Assembly (NCBI GenBank): GCA_937989585.1
Contig: CALKRW010000006.1
Location: 2,864-66,863, forward strand
Reading direction: 5' to 3'
Source of the DNA: an uncultured Porphyromonadaceae bacterium
GTDB lineage: Bacteria; Bacteroidota; Bacteroidia; Bacteroidales; Muribaculaceae
DNA length: 64,000 nucleotides
The notes beneath the pieces were generated by a model that did not search any database, was not told the DNA's origin, and was given only the letters and a program-made list of their open reading frames with translations. Of the stretch, positions 28,431 through 36,927 are shown in pieces (within the stretch, counting starts at the first letter, position 1; every line of letters starts with the position of its first letter). The position numbers were made by a program, and so were the translations under genes.

Positions 28431-28487
28431 AATGGGAAATGATTGATTTTTATTCTTGTTGCGCCTGAAAGGCGGGTAACTATTCCG

Positions 28488-28495
28488 CAAAGTTA
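28488..28495 (-). promoter_or_regulatory. Bacteroidota -7 promoter box (TAACTTTG on the minus strand)
   Basis: Plus-strand caaagtta, 58 nt upstream of the ATG at 28430. Confidence 0.55.
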
Positions 28496-28505
28496 CGAAA
28501 AAAAT

Positions 28506-28535
28506 AAAACCACCGGTAGGTCAGCCGGTGGTTTT
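28506..28535 (-). terminator. strong intrinsic terminator
   Basis: aaaaccaccgg pairs with ccggtggtttt (11-bp stem). In minus sense it is followed by ttttattttttt. Confidence 0.75.
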
Positions 28536-28752
28536 TAATACTTGAATGTGCTAAATTTAAGGTTCGAAGGTTACCTGATACTTTTAAGATTTTTGTAAAG
28601 TATAATTCTATTAAAACATAGTTACTATTAACTGGCACAAAGGTAGTGTCTTTTCTGCGGAATTATGTCATCACCGCAGTTAATAAACCTAAAAATTTGT
28701 ATCTGAATATTAATTTAGGTATACGGCCGGTTTTTCCGGCCTGTCATCATGT

Positions 28753-29472
28753 CTATAATCCCCGGATAACGTCAAGTGTCCTCAGGGGAGTCAGTGTCAT
28801 GTCGTGGGCTGCGTAATAGTCGGTCAGCGCGTCGAGTATCGCCGCGCGCGTCGTGTGGTTCAGTCCGATCAGGCGCAGGCGGCTCCATTCGCTGTCTATG
28901 ATTATGCGTGCAAGCCGTGCCTCTCTTCCTGTCAGATAGCGACCTTTGGTCGGTGCCTCGGGGACGAAGCACCCCGTCGCGAAGTCGAACACGCGTCCGT
29001 CTTCGTAGCCGCTGCTGTCTGCTCCGAAGCCGAGAAAGGAGGTAAGGCGCGCGAGAAGATACAGATGGAAGTTGGCGGCGTCGCGTGTCCCGGATCTGTC
29101 GAACTCCACGAGCGACTGCGTGATGAATCTCCAGATGTTCGGGTCGGCGCCACCCTGGAGTGCCTTGGCCAGGACCTCGGCGAGGAAGAACGCGATGGTG
29201 GCCTTCATGCCGTTGGTGTGGATGCTGCCGAAGGCGACGAGCGGCCTTAGGTCGCGGGCATGGTGGACATCGCGTCCCGGCCGCATGTCGGCGACGCACT
29301 CGAACAGCGCGAGCGGCTGGGTCAAGGCCCGACGACGGCGGCTCTCGCCGCCGGATGACGAAGGCATCAGCAGCGAAACCATGCCGTGCTCACCGCTCCA
29401 TGCGGTGAGTATCGAGTTGCGGTCGTTGTATTTCACTGTGCGCAGTGCTATGGCCTGTATTGTTGTCTGCAT
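28753..29472 (-). CDS. recO: DNA repair protein RecO
   Basis: 239 aa. The N-terminal OB-fold region (AIALRTVKYNDRNSILTAW...GMVSL) is typical of Bacteroidota RecO. Confidence 0.8.
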   Translation of the reverse strand: MQTTIQAIALRTVKYNDRNSILTAWSGEHGMVSLLMPSSSGGESRRRRALTQPLALFECVADMRPGRDVHHARDLRPLVAFGSIHTNGMKATIAFFLAEVLAKALQGGADPNIWRFITQSLVEFDRSGTRDAANFHLYLLARLTSFLGFGADSSGYEDGRVFDFATGCFVPEAPTKGRYLTGREARLARIIIDSEWSRLRLIGLNHTTRAAILDALTDYYAAHDMTLTPLRTLDVIRGL

Positions 29473-30008
29473 GATTCTGAACCACGGTATTTTAATATTA
29501 CTCCCTCCAGTTCGAGCAGGGCGCGCTTCGTGTCGAGGCCGCCGCCGTAGCCGGTCAGCGAGCCGCCGCTACCTATCACGCGGTGGCATGGCGCGAAAAT
29601 CGAGAGGGAGTTCGCTCCGTTGGCGTTTGCCACGGCGCGTACCGCCGAAGGCATGCCGATCCGCCGTGCCATCTCGCCGTACGAGATGGTTTGGCCATAG
29701 GCGATCTTCAGCAGTTCCGCCCAAACCTTTTTCTGGAATTCCGTGCCGGCAAACAGCAGCGGCACACTGAATTCCTTGCGCTTGCCGGCAAAATACTCAT
29801 CCAGTTGACTCACCGCAAGTTCGGTCACATCCGTCGTGCCTTCCTCAAATTCTGCCTTAAGTGTCCTTCTCAGCCGTTCATCCACATGGCCGCGATGTTT
29901 CTCAGTCAGCCAGTCGCACATGCACAGCCGGTCGCCGAAAGCCCCCAGCAGTATTGTCCCGCAAGGAGCCTCGTAACGCTTTGTCCGGATAACACCTTCC
30001 CTATTCAT
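29448..30008 (-). CDS. ogt: methylated-DNA--protein-cysteine methyltransferase
   Basis: Active site PCHRVIGSGG and HTH region ISYGEMARRIG. The start is uncertain (30008 preferred to 30056). Confidence 0.88.
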   Translation of the reverse strand: MNREGVIRTKRYEAPCGTILLGAFGDRLCMCDWLTEKHRGHVDERLRRTLKAEFEEGTTDVTELAVSQLDEYFAGKRKEFSVPLLFAGTEFQKKVWAELLKIAYGQTISYGEMARRIGMPSAVRAVANANGANSLSIFAPCHRVIGSGGSLTGYGGGLDTKRALLELEGVILKYRGSESCRQQYRP

Positions 30009-30079
30009 ACCTGCAAATATACTCACTTTTCCCAAAATAGCCATCCCCCATCCCACCGTTACCCGCTTTTGGTGACCTT

Positions 30080-30574
30080 TCAGTCGGCGTAGACGGGTGG
30101 GATGCCGCTGTTGTCGGCGTGCATGTTGGCTTCCCAGAAGCGGATGGCGTCGCTCACCCAGCCTTCGGCGACGGTGCCTGTGCCGATTCCGAAGCCATGG
30201 CCTAATCCTTTATACACATGGAACTCGGTCGGAATACCCATTGCCGAAAGTCGCTGAAGACGGTTCTGCATGGTCTGCCATGAGGCGATGCCGTCGTTCG
30301 AGCCGACACAGTTGTATGTCGGAGGATCGAACTCCGATACGAACGAATAGCCTGTGTACTCTATCGCGCGCGCAAGATCATTATATGGATCGTCCGGACG
30401 GCAAATCAGCGCGAAAGCCGTATATCCTGCCCTGCACAGTTCCAGCGAATGTGGAAAACTGTCGTGCATGGCGCCCACGTATGCCAATCCGCCGCCAGTG
30501 TTATGATCATTGCGATATAGGTTTTTATTGTCATTGTTTTTCTTTTTGCGGTTTTGAAAATCACGATGCGAAAT
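30080..30574 (-). pseudogene. degraded alpha/beta-hydrolase (esterase) remnant
   Basis: Retains TGGGLAYVG (oxyanion-hole-like), VGSNDGI and GLGHGFG (Asp and His regions) but has no GxSxG nucleophile segment. The open frame has no ATG, and only about 29 codons precede the GGG motif. Confidence 0.55.
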
Positions 30575-30664
30575 TACTAAGGCTGCCCCGATTAGGGTTT
30601 ACGCAAATATCGGATAGTTTTTCAAAAAAATCGCAAAAAATTTGGCTATGTGAAAAATAAGGCC

Positions 30665-30672
30665 TAACTTTG
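30665..30672 (+). promoter_or_regulatory. Bacteroidota -7 promoter box (TAACTTTG) for tRNA-Glu
   Basis: Exact TAnnTTTG match 66 nt upstream of the tRNA 5' end. Confidence 0.5.
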
Positions 30673-30737
30673 CACTCGCTTGTGAGGACTGCATTTATCC
30701 TTTTGCATGTTAACGTGCAGTCGCATAGCATAGAGGC

Positions 30738-30809
30738 GGCCCATTCGTCTATCGGTTAGGACGCAAGATTTTCATTCTTGAAAGAGCAGTTCGATTCTGC
30801 TATGGGCTA
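30738..30809 (+). tRNA. tRNA-Glu (anticodon UUC)
   Basis: Folded by hand. Acceptor stem ggcccat/atgggct, D stem gtct/ggac with a GG loop, anticodon stem caaga/tcttg, loop ttTTCat, T arm agcag-ttcgatt-ctgct, discriminator A. CCA is not encoded. Confidence 0.9.
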
Positions 30810-30818
30810 CACAAAAAA

Positions 30819-30845
30819 GCCGTTCGATTTCGAACGGCTTTTTTG
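30819..30845 (+). terminator. intrinsic terminator after tRNA-Glu
   Basis: gccgttcg-attt-cgaacggc (8-bp stem), followed by tttttt. Confidence 0.8.
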
Positions 30846-30888
30846 TATCCTGACTTGCCGGGCGTCCCGGCGACACGGGACCGTCGGC

Positions 30889-32298
30889 TCACTGACCGAC
30901 GGCCTCGAGGATGCGTGCCGGTATCTGTATGTTGTTGTTCACGGGGCTGAATGCCTCCGCTCCGGCACCGATGGCGAACACCGGAACGGGATTGCCCGTG
31001 TGGCTGCCTGTCGTGAAGCCGAAGCCTACGGCGTCGTTGACAAGACGGAACACGTCGACTGCGAACGATGAGAACGACTTGTACAGCGTCTTCTCGTCCT
31101 TGGAGTTGCGCTCCAGGAATGTGCGGTCGAATGCCTCGTGGAGATTCTTCTCGCTTTCATCGCTCACGGGAATCGCCGTGAACAGTCCGAGATTGTCCGA
31201 AAGATATTCCTTCATGTCCTCCCATGTGTAGTAGCGGCGCGAGCGCAGTATCGAGTGGCAGTAGTCCGAGAAAGCCTCCTTGCTTACGCGCTGGCGGTCG
31301 ATAAGGTTGAGGTTGGCTGCATATTTCAGGGTGGTGTTGCCAAGGGCCATGCCGCCGGTGTCGTGGTCGGCGGTTACTACTATCAGGGTGTTGTCGGGGT
31401 GTTTACGGTAGAATTCGAGGGCTACTTTTATAGCCTGGTCGAAGTTGATTACTTCCTTGACTGCCGCTCCGCCGTCATTGCCGTGGAGGGCGTGGTCTAT
31501 GCTGCTGCCCTCGACCATCATGAAGAAGTGCTCGGGAGTCTCGCGCTCGAGTTTAGTCAGGCAGGCGCGGGTCATCTCGGGCAGCGTCAGGGCCCCCCTG
31601 ATTGAGTCAATGGTGTAGCCGATGTTGTTGTTGACATCGCCGGGCGACAGCAGCATTACGCGACCGGGCAGCATTGCCGCCGAGTCGGGCGAGTGGGTTA
31701 TGCTCACCTTGTTCTTGGCAAGCAGGGTGTGGATGTCGTTTGCCTTGCCGTCCTTGTCCTTGGTGCCGCGAAGGTTTGCGCCACCGATAAACTCGTAGCC
31801 GCAGTTGGCGGCATCGCGGTCAATCTCGTAGAACATCGAACGCGACGGGACGTGCGTGTAGAACGCACCGGGTGTCGCGTCGTCGGGCGAGGCCGACGTG
31901 ACGATGCCCACGCCCCAGCCTCTTGACTGGAGCATTTTGGCAATCGAAAGTACGGCTGTCGAGTCGGGGGTGACGCCGAGCATTCCGTTGTTGGTCTTGT
32001 GCATTGTCGACAGCGCGGTACCGGCCGCCGCCGAGTCAGTGATGGGCGACGAGGCGCTGAATGTCATGGCCCAGGACGCTACCGGGAAAGTGGTCATGGC
32101 CAGGGTGTCGCGGTCGTTGCGCACCAGACGCATATAGTTGCGGGCCGCCATAACGGGACCCATGCCCATGCCGTCGCCGATGAAGTAGAACACGTAGTCG
32201 GCTTTCGGAGCCTCCTGTGCTGCGGCCTTGGGAGCGGCGAGGGACGGCATTGCCGTCATCGAGGCGGCGATAAGCGAGAGGATGAGTTTGTTTTTCAT
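30889..32298 (-). CDS. alkaline phosphatase (PhoA family), secreted
   Basis: Signal peptide, metal/nucleophile motifs FIGDGMGMG and DSAAAGTA, and C-terminal HTG. Confidence 0.9.
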   Translation of the reverse strand: MKNKLILSLIAASMTAMPSLAAPKAAAQEAPKADYVFYFIGDGMGMGPVMAARNYMRLVRNDRDTLAMTTFPVASWAMTFSASSPITDSAAAGTALSTMHKTNNGMLGVTPDSTAVLSIAKMLQSRGWGVGIVTSASPDDATPGAFYTHVPSRSMFYEIDRDAANCGYEFIGGANLRGTKDKDGKANDIHTLLAKNKVSITHSPDSAAMLPGRVMLLSPGDVNNNIGYTIDSIRGALTLPEMTRACLTKLERETPEHFFMMVEGSSIDHALHGNDGGAAVKEVINFDQAIKVALEFYRKHPDNTLIVVTADHDTGGMALGNTTLKYAANLNLIDRQRVSKEAFSDYCHSILRSRRYYTWEDMKEYLSDNLGLFTAIPVSDESEKNLHEAFDRTFLERNSKDEKTLYKSFSSFAVDVFRLVNDAVGFGFTTGSHTGNPVPVFAIGAGAEAFSPVNNNIQIPARILEAVGQ

Positions 32299-32313
32299 GT
32301 CGTTATGTGTAGT

Positions 32314-34401
32314 TTATATTTTTATCGAGGAAAGTATGGGGTCGATTATGTGGCGGTCGTTACTCAGGCGCGGCACCTTGCGCTGTCCGCCGAGTTTGCC
32401 GGTCGAGGCGAGCCAGGCGTCGAATGTACCGCGCGGCGCGTCGGTCACGCTCAGCCTGTCAAGGAAGATGCCGCCCGAGCGCTTGGCCTGATAGTCGGAA
32501 TTCTCGGCCTGAAGCGCCTTGTCGAGCGCCTCGGCGAAGACCTCGGGCCGGGATGGCGGTGTCGACCATTCTATCAGCCACTGGTGACGTCCGCGGTGTC
32601 CGCCGTCGGCGAACACCGGTGCGACGGTATAGTTCTCGGCCATGCAGCCGCACTCGCGGCAGGCCTTTGCGAGGGCGCGGTCGGTGTTGTGCACCATCAC
32701 CTCCTCGCCGAACGCGTTGATGTAGTGTTTCGTGCGGCCCGCTATGGCTATGCGCAGCGGGTCTTTCGAGACTATGCGCACGGTGTCGCCTATGCGGTAA
32801 CGCCACAGGCCGTTGGCCGCGGTGATTATCAGCGCGTATGTCCGGCCTTCCTCCACCTGCCATGCGGCGAGAGTAGGGGAGTCGGGTTCGTCGGCGCTGT
32901 CCAGCGGGGCGAACTCATAGAACACTCCGGCATCGAGCAGAAGCAGCATCGACCCCGGCTCGCGCAGGTCCTGGACGGCGAAGAAACCCTCCGAGGCATT
33001 GTAGGTCTCGCGGTAGTGCATCCGTGCCGGATCGCAGAGCATGGCGTACTGCTCGCGGTACGGTTCCATCGAGATGCCTCCGTGGAAGAACACCTCGAGG
33101 TTCGGCCACACGTCGTGAATGTTTGATGCGCCGGCGGCCTTGATTACTTCCTTTATCACGGTCATGAACCACGACGGCACGCCCGAGATGTTGGTGATGT
33201 TCTGTCTTATCGAGGCGTTAACGAGGGCCGGAACCTTCTGGGTCCAGTCCTCCATCAGGGCGATTTCCTTCGACGGGACGCGGACAAGGTTGACCATCGG
33301 GTTGATGGCCTCGATGAGGTTGGCGGACAGGTCGCCGACACGAACGCCTTTGGGAACTTCGAGTTCGGTGGCGAAACTGCCGCCGAGAATGAAGCCCTTG
33401 CCGGCGAACATCCTCGACTCAGGATAGAGGCTTAGATAATGTGCCACGGCGTCCGTCGCTCCGGGATAGTGGTTCAGCCGCAGCGAGTCCTCCGTCACGG
33501 GTATGAATTTCGAGTGTCCGTCCGAGGTCCCAGATGACTGCGCGAAGCGTCTGCAGCGTCCCGGCCACAGCACGTCGCGCTCGCCTTCGACCATGCGCAT
33601 CACCCACCGGCGCATGTCCGGATAGTCTCTCGTCGGCATTGTCGCCGCGAAGGTCTCGAACGAATCGGTGGGCTTCAGTCCTGACTCCATTCCGAACGAG
33701 GTTTTCGCGCCGCGTGTGGTGAGGTATCCAAGAACCTTGCGCTGGGCGGCCTCGATGCCCGGGCCGGTCCACGTGCGCGCGGCCTTCACACGCCGCTTGA
33801 ATATCTGTCGTGCTATGGGTGTCAGGTTCAGCATGGTATCGTGTTTTGTGTGTGGTGTGGACAGGCGTATTATCTGCCGAGAGGCGGGCGACAGTATGTC
33901 CATGATTTCTGATGCGGTCAGTCCGCGGCGCTCGCACAGGGTGTCCGCAAGGCTGCGTGCCACCGTGACAACTGTGCTGTGGGTGAAAATGCGTTCGAGG
34001 AAGCGGAAAGTCTTGTCGTAGACATGCTCGGCCTCGTCGTTCTCCAGATTGCAGCGGTCGCGGCCCTCGTTCGAGACGAAATCGCGCAGGACGGCCATTG
34101 CCGCATTGTCAAGCCTGCGGCCTCTGCCGACATACGAGCGGCACATGGCGTTGCCGAGCACCATCGCTGTCGAGAGTTCATATTGCTTCAGCAATTGGTT
34201 CCACACCGACTTGGCCGAAAGCGAGGGATTGCCCTCGAAACCGAAATCCGGGGTCAGGGTCAGGCCTTGTCCCACAGGGAGGTCGACGGAGACCGAAGCG
34301 AGGTATTGTTCTCCGTCACATGCGTACAGCGCGATGGCCATGCCGGCAAGACCGGTGGCCCTGTCCTTCTCGCCGCTATATTTCAGAGTATCTTTATCCA
34401 C
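32314..34401 (-). CDS. GH3 (auxin-responsive-promoter-like, acyl-adenylate-forming) family protein with a 189-codon in-frame N-terminal extension
   Basis: Residues 190-695 (from MLNLTPIARQIF, ATG at 33834) carry the GH3 pattern FAQSSGTSDGHSKFIPVT. Codons 1-189 are continuous with them, with no stop. The GTG at 34401 is preceded by a TAATTTTG box. Confidence 0.75.
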   Translation of the reverse strand: MDKDTLKYSGEKDRATGLAGMAIALYACDGEQYLASVSVDLPVGQGLTLTPDFGFEGNPSLSAKSVWNQLLKQYELSTAMVLGNAMCRSYVGRGRRLDNAAMAVLRDFVSNEGRDRCNLENDEAEHVYDKTFRFLERIFTHSTVVTVARSLADTLCERRGLTASEIMDILSPASRQIIRLSTPHTKHDTMLNLTPIARQIFKRRVKAARTWTGPGIEAAQRKVLGYLTTRGAKTSFGMESGLKPTDSFETFAATMPTRDYPDMRRWVMRMVEGERDVLWPGRCRRFAQSSGTSDGHSKFIPVTEDSLRLNHYPGATDAVAHYLSLYPESRMFAGKGFILGGSFATELEVPKGVRVGDLSANLIEAINPMVNLVRVPSKEIALMEDWTQKVPALVNASIRQNITNISGVPSWFMTVIKEVIKAAGASNIHDVWPNLEVFFHGGISMEPYREQYAMLCDPARMHYRETYNASEGFFAVQDLREPGSMLLLLDAGVFYEFAPLDSADEPDSPTLAAWQVEEGRTYALIITAANGLWRYRIGDTVRIVSKDPLRIAIAGRTKHYINAFGEEVMVHNTDRALAKACRECGCMAENYTVAPVFADGGHRGRHQWLIEWSTPPSRPEVFAEALDKALQAENSDYQAKRSGGIFLDRLSVTDAPRGTFDAWLASTGKLGGQRKVPRLSNDRHIIDPILSSIKI

Positions 34402-34427
34402 GTTTGCGTTAATCTTTGTTTAGCATA

Positions 34428-34435
34428 CAAAATTA
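34428..34435 (-). promoter_or_regulatory. Bacteroidota -7 promoter box (TAATTTTG on the minus strand)
   Basis: Plus-strand caaaatta, 27 nt upstream of the GTG at 34401. It therefore lies upstream of the N-terminal extension, not of the internal Met. Confidence 0.5.
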
Positions 34436-34633
34436 GACAAAATCACCCACCTGTGCAAAAAAACACATCGCCCCGCCCCCTTGTCCGGTATCATTAAGCG
34501 CTATCGTGGAAAAATCACTGTTTCATTTACGTTTATCCGCTGTCTGTTTACACATGCTTGATGTCCCGGCACGGATGGCGTTACTTTGCATCACCTTTCA
34601 ATGATGAAGGGCCAAAACTAAAAACCGTAAGAT

Positions 34634-34948
34634 ATGAAAAAGATTCTTTTTGCTGTAGCACTCATCACAGCGTTCGCAGGCACCACAGTTTTCGCACAGA
34701 CTCCCGAAGAACCACAGGCACAGGCGGCAGCCACCGTCGAAGTCGCCTTCCAGGTAATGAATGCTGACGAACTTCCCCAGACCGTCAGGGACGCGCTCGC
34801 CGCAAAGTTCGAGGGCAAGACCGTCACTGCTGCCTATGTCAGAGAGGCTGACGGTGTCAGGACCTTCAAGGTGACCCTCGCGGATGCCGAAGGCAATGCC
34901 TCGGACGTCCTCTTCAACGAGAAAGGCGAAGTCCTCCCTGCCGAGTAA
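34634..34948 (+). CDS. small secreted protein (PepSY-like fold suspected)
   Basis: Signal peptide MKKILFAVALITAFAGTTVFA. 104 aa ending in a beta-rich repeat (VTAAYVREADGVRTFKVTLADAEGN). Confidence 0.55.
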   Translation: MKKILFAVALITAFAGTTVFAQTPEEPQAQAAATVEVAFQVMNADELPQTVRDALAAKFEGKTVTAAYVREADGVRTFKVTLADAEGNASDVLFNEKGEVLPAE

Positions 34949-35005
34949 TCCTCCCCCGTCGAGTAATTTCATGACATAGTGCTTTCCTCTCTTCTCCCCC
35001 CCAAG

Positions 35006-35047
35006 GACCGGACCTGAACGATAATCGTTTTGGCCCGGTTTCTTTTT
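35006..35047 (+). terminator. intrinsic terminator
   Basis: Nested stems (accgg.cc...aacga-taa-tcgtt...gg.ccggt), followed by tttcttttt. Confidence 0.65.
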
Positions 35048-35064
35048 GCCGGGACACCGGGCCG

Positions 35065-35757
35065 CTAAGACATCAGGCTGGAGACAGCGGAGGCGTACTG
35101 TCTGCCTACGGGCAGCGTCGAGCCGTTGCTGAGCACGACGCCCTGTTTGCTGAAACTCTTTATTTTCGACCTTGACACGATGAACGAACGGTGGATGCGC
35201 AGGAACTGCTCCTCCGGAAGCAGTGCCTGTACATTCTTCAGCAGTATGCGCGATATGATGCAGTCGCCCGACACCCTGAAAATCTTCGAATATCCTTCCA
35301 CAGCCTCGACATAGAGTATGTCGTCTATCGGAATGCTGATGTTGTTGTAGTCCTGCTTGACGGTGATGCACTGCGATGTGGTCTGCAACTGTCCGCGTCC
35401 GATGCGGCGCAATGCCTTCGAGAAGGCGATCTGGAAGCGGCTGTACGAGAACGGCTTGTGAAGGTAGTCCACGGCGTCGAGGTCGAATCCCTCGAGGGCG
35501 TAGCGCAGGTACGCTGTCGTGAATATGAAACAGGTGTTCTCCGGCAGTCTGGACGCTATCTGCAGGCCGTTGATTCCGTCCATCTCGATGTCAAGAAATA
35601 CTATGTCTGTCCCTCCCTGCAGGACGGCTTCAAGACCGGCCTCGGAGTCGGAGAATTTCTTCAGGTCGATGTTTCCCGTGCGCTGACAGAATTTCTCTAT
35701 TACCTCCAGGGCCAGCGGCTCGTCGTCGATGGCCACGCACCTTATCCTATCATTCAT
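35065..35757 (-). CDS. LytTR-family response regulator
   Basis: Receiver domain (CVAIDDEPLALE...DIVFLDIEM) and a C-terminal LytTR DNA-binding domain (FLRIHRSFIVS). Confidence 0.92.
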   Translation of the reverse strand: MNDRIRCVAIDDEPLALEVIEKFCQRTGNIDLKKFSDSEAGLEAVLQGGTDIVFLDIEMDGINGLQIASRLPENTCFIFTTAYLRYALEGFDLDAVDYLHKPFSYSRFQIAFSKALRRIGRGQLQTTSQCITVKQDYNNISIPIDDILYVEAVEGYSKIFRVSGDCIISRILLKNVQALLPEEQFLRIHRSFIVSRSKIKSFSKQGVVLSNGSTLPVGRQYASAVSSLMS

Positions 35758-36787
35758 GTTTGTTCAGGTTTATATTCAGTTTGACATTGAACGCTCCGTT
35801 CTCCTCCGTGATGTCGAGTGAATAGTCGTCGGGATACAGCGCCGAGAGCCTGCTCCGGCAATTGTCCAGTCCGACGGGCATGTCCTTGCGGAACTCGTCG
35901 GAGTGTTTCACTATCATATTACGGGTCTCGAAAACCAGCACGCCATCGCTCAGGCGGAGTCTTATCACAATATCGCAGTCGCGGCTTGATGACGCGCCGT
36001 ACTTGAAAGCGTTCTCCACGAAGGTCAGGAAAATCATGGGCGGAATCCTCTCGGAGTCGTTGTCGACCGAGAACTCCCTTGTCACGCGTGTATGGTCGTT
36101 CAGGCGTATGAGTTGCAGGTCTATGTAGTTGTTGATGTAGTTGATCTCGTCGTCTATCGTCACCCAGTCGCTGTTGGCGGTCATATAGGTGTATTTCAGC
36201 AGTTCGGTGAATTTGATGAACGCGTCCTCGGCTTTCTGCGAGGTGCCGATTATCAGGCTGTACAGCGAGTTCAGGGTGTTGAACAGGAAATGCGGATTTA
36301 TCTGGGCCTTGTAAAGGGCCAGTTCCGCCTTGTCGCGCTGGTTCTCGACGATGTTCTGCAGCAGGAGCCGGTGGTACAGTTCCTTTATGAAGGCCACGGT
36401 CAGCGAGTAGCAGATCACTACCGAGAACATGAACCACACGGATATTGTCATGTTGTAGTTGCGGACACGCGTCTGGTACTCGCTCATCGAGGGAATGACA
36501 AAATCTATCTCCGGCAGCGGGTACAGTGTCAGCAGATAGGTAGCCAGAATCAGCAGAAACGCGATTATGCCTATGCGGTAATACGATTTTGTGAGTATCA
36601 GTTTCGGCAAATTCAATACCTTTGTGACGAAATAGCATCCGTAAAGATATGCAATCGCAAGACAGGTGAACAGTGGCGACACCGTCCACCAGTAGTGCGC
36701 GGGCCCCAAAAGCGTCAGCAGGGGCATGATGACGACGCAGAAGAAGAGATCGAAAATTAGGTTCGTTTTGTGCTCTAATGATTTCAT
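35750..36787 (-). CDS. LytS/YehU-type sensor histidine kinase
   Basis: Multi-TM N-terminus, His-kinase box AQINPHFLFNTLNSL, and a C-terminal HATPase. Overlaps the regulator gene by 8 nt. Confidence 0.9.
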   Translation of the reverse strand: MKSLEHKTNLIFDLFFCVVIMPLLTLLGPAHYWWTVSPLFTCLAIAYLYGCYFVTKVLNLPKLILTKSYYRIGIIAFLLILATYLLTLYPLPEIDFVIPSMSEYQTRVRNYNMTISVWFMFSVVICYSLTVAFIKELYHRLLLQNIVENQRDKAELALYKAQINPHFLFNTLNSLYSLIIGTSQKAEDAFIKFTELLKYTYMTANSDWVTIDDEINYINNYIDLQLIRLNDHTRVTREFSVDNDSERIPPMIFLTFVENAFKYGASSSRDCDIVIRLRLSDGVLVFETRNMIVKHSDEFRKDMPVGLDNCRSRLSALYPDDYSLDITEENGAFNVKLNINLNKHE

Positions 36788-36927
36788 GGTGCAAAATTAC
36801 CCATTCTTTCCGCCTCCGGCAAATATTGAACCTCCTCTTCATTTACACTTTTCCGCCGTCTGTTTGCACTTCCTGTGCGCGCACCCGAATCCTTGCGAAT
36901 TTTGCATCAGAATCAATCACAGGAAAA

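Noticed and set aside
30778-31071. 97-aa ORF starting inside tRNA-Glu
   Set aside because: It overlaps the tRNA, its terminator, and the 3' end of the alkaline phosphatase gene on the other strand.
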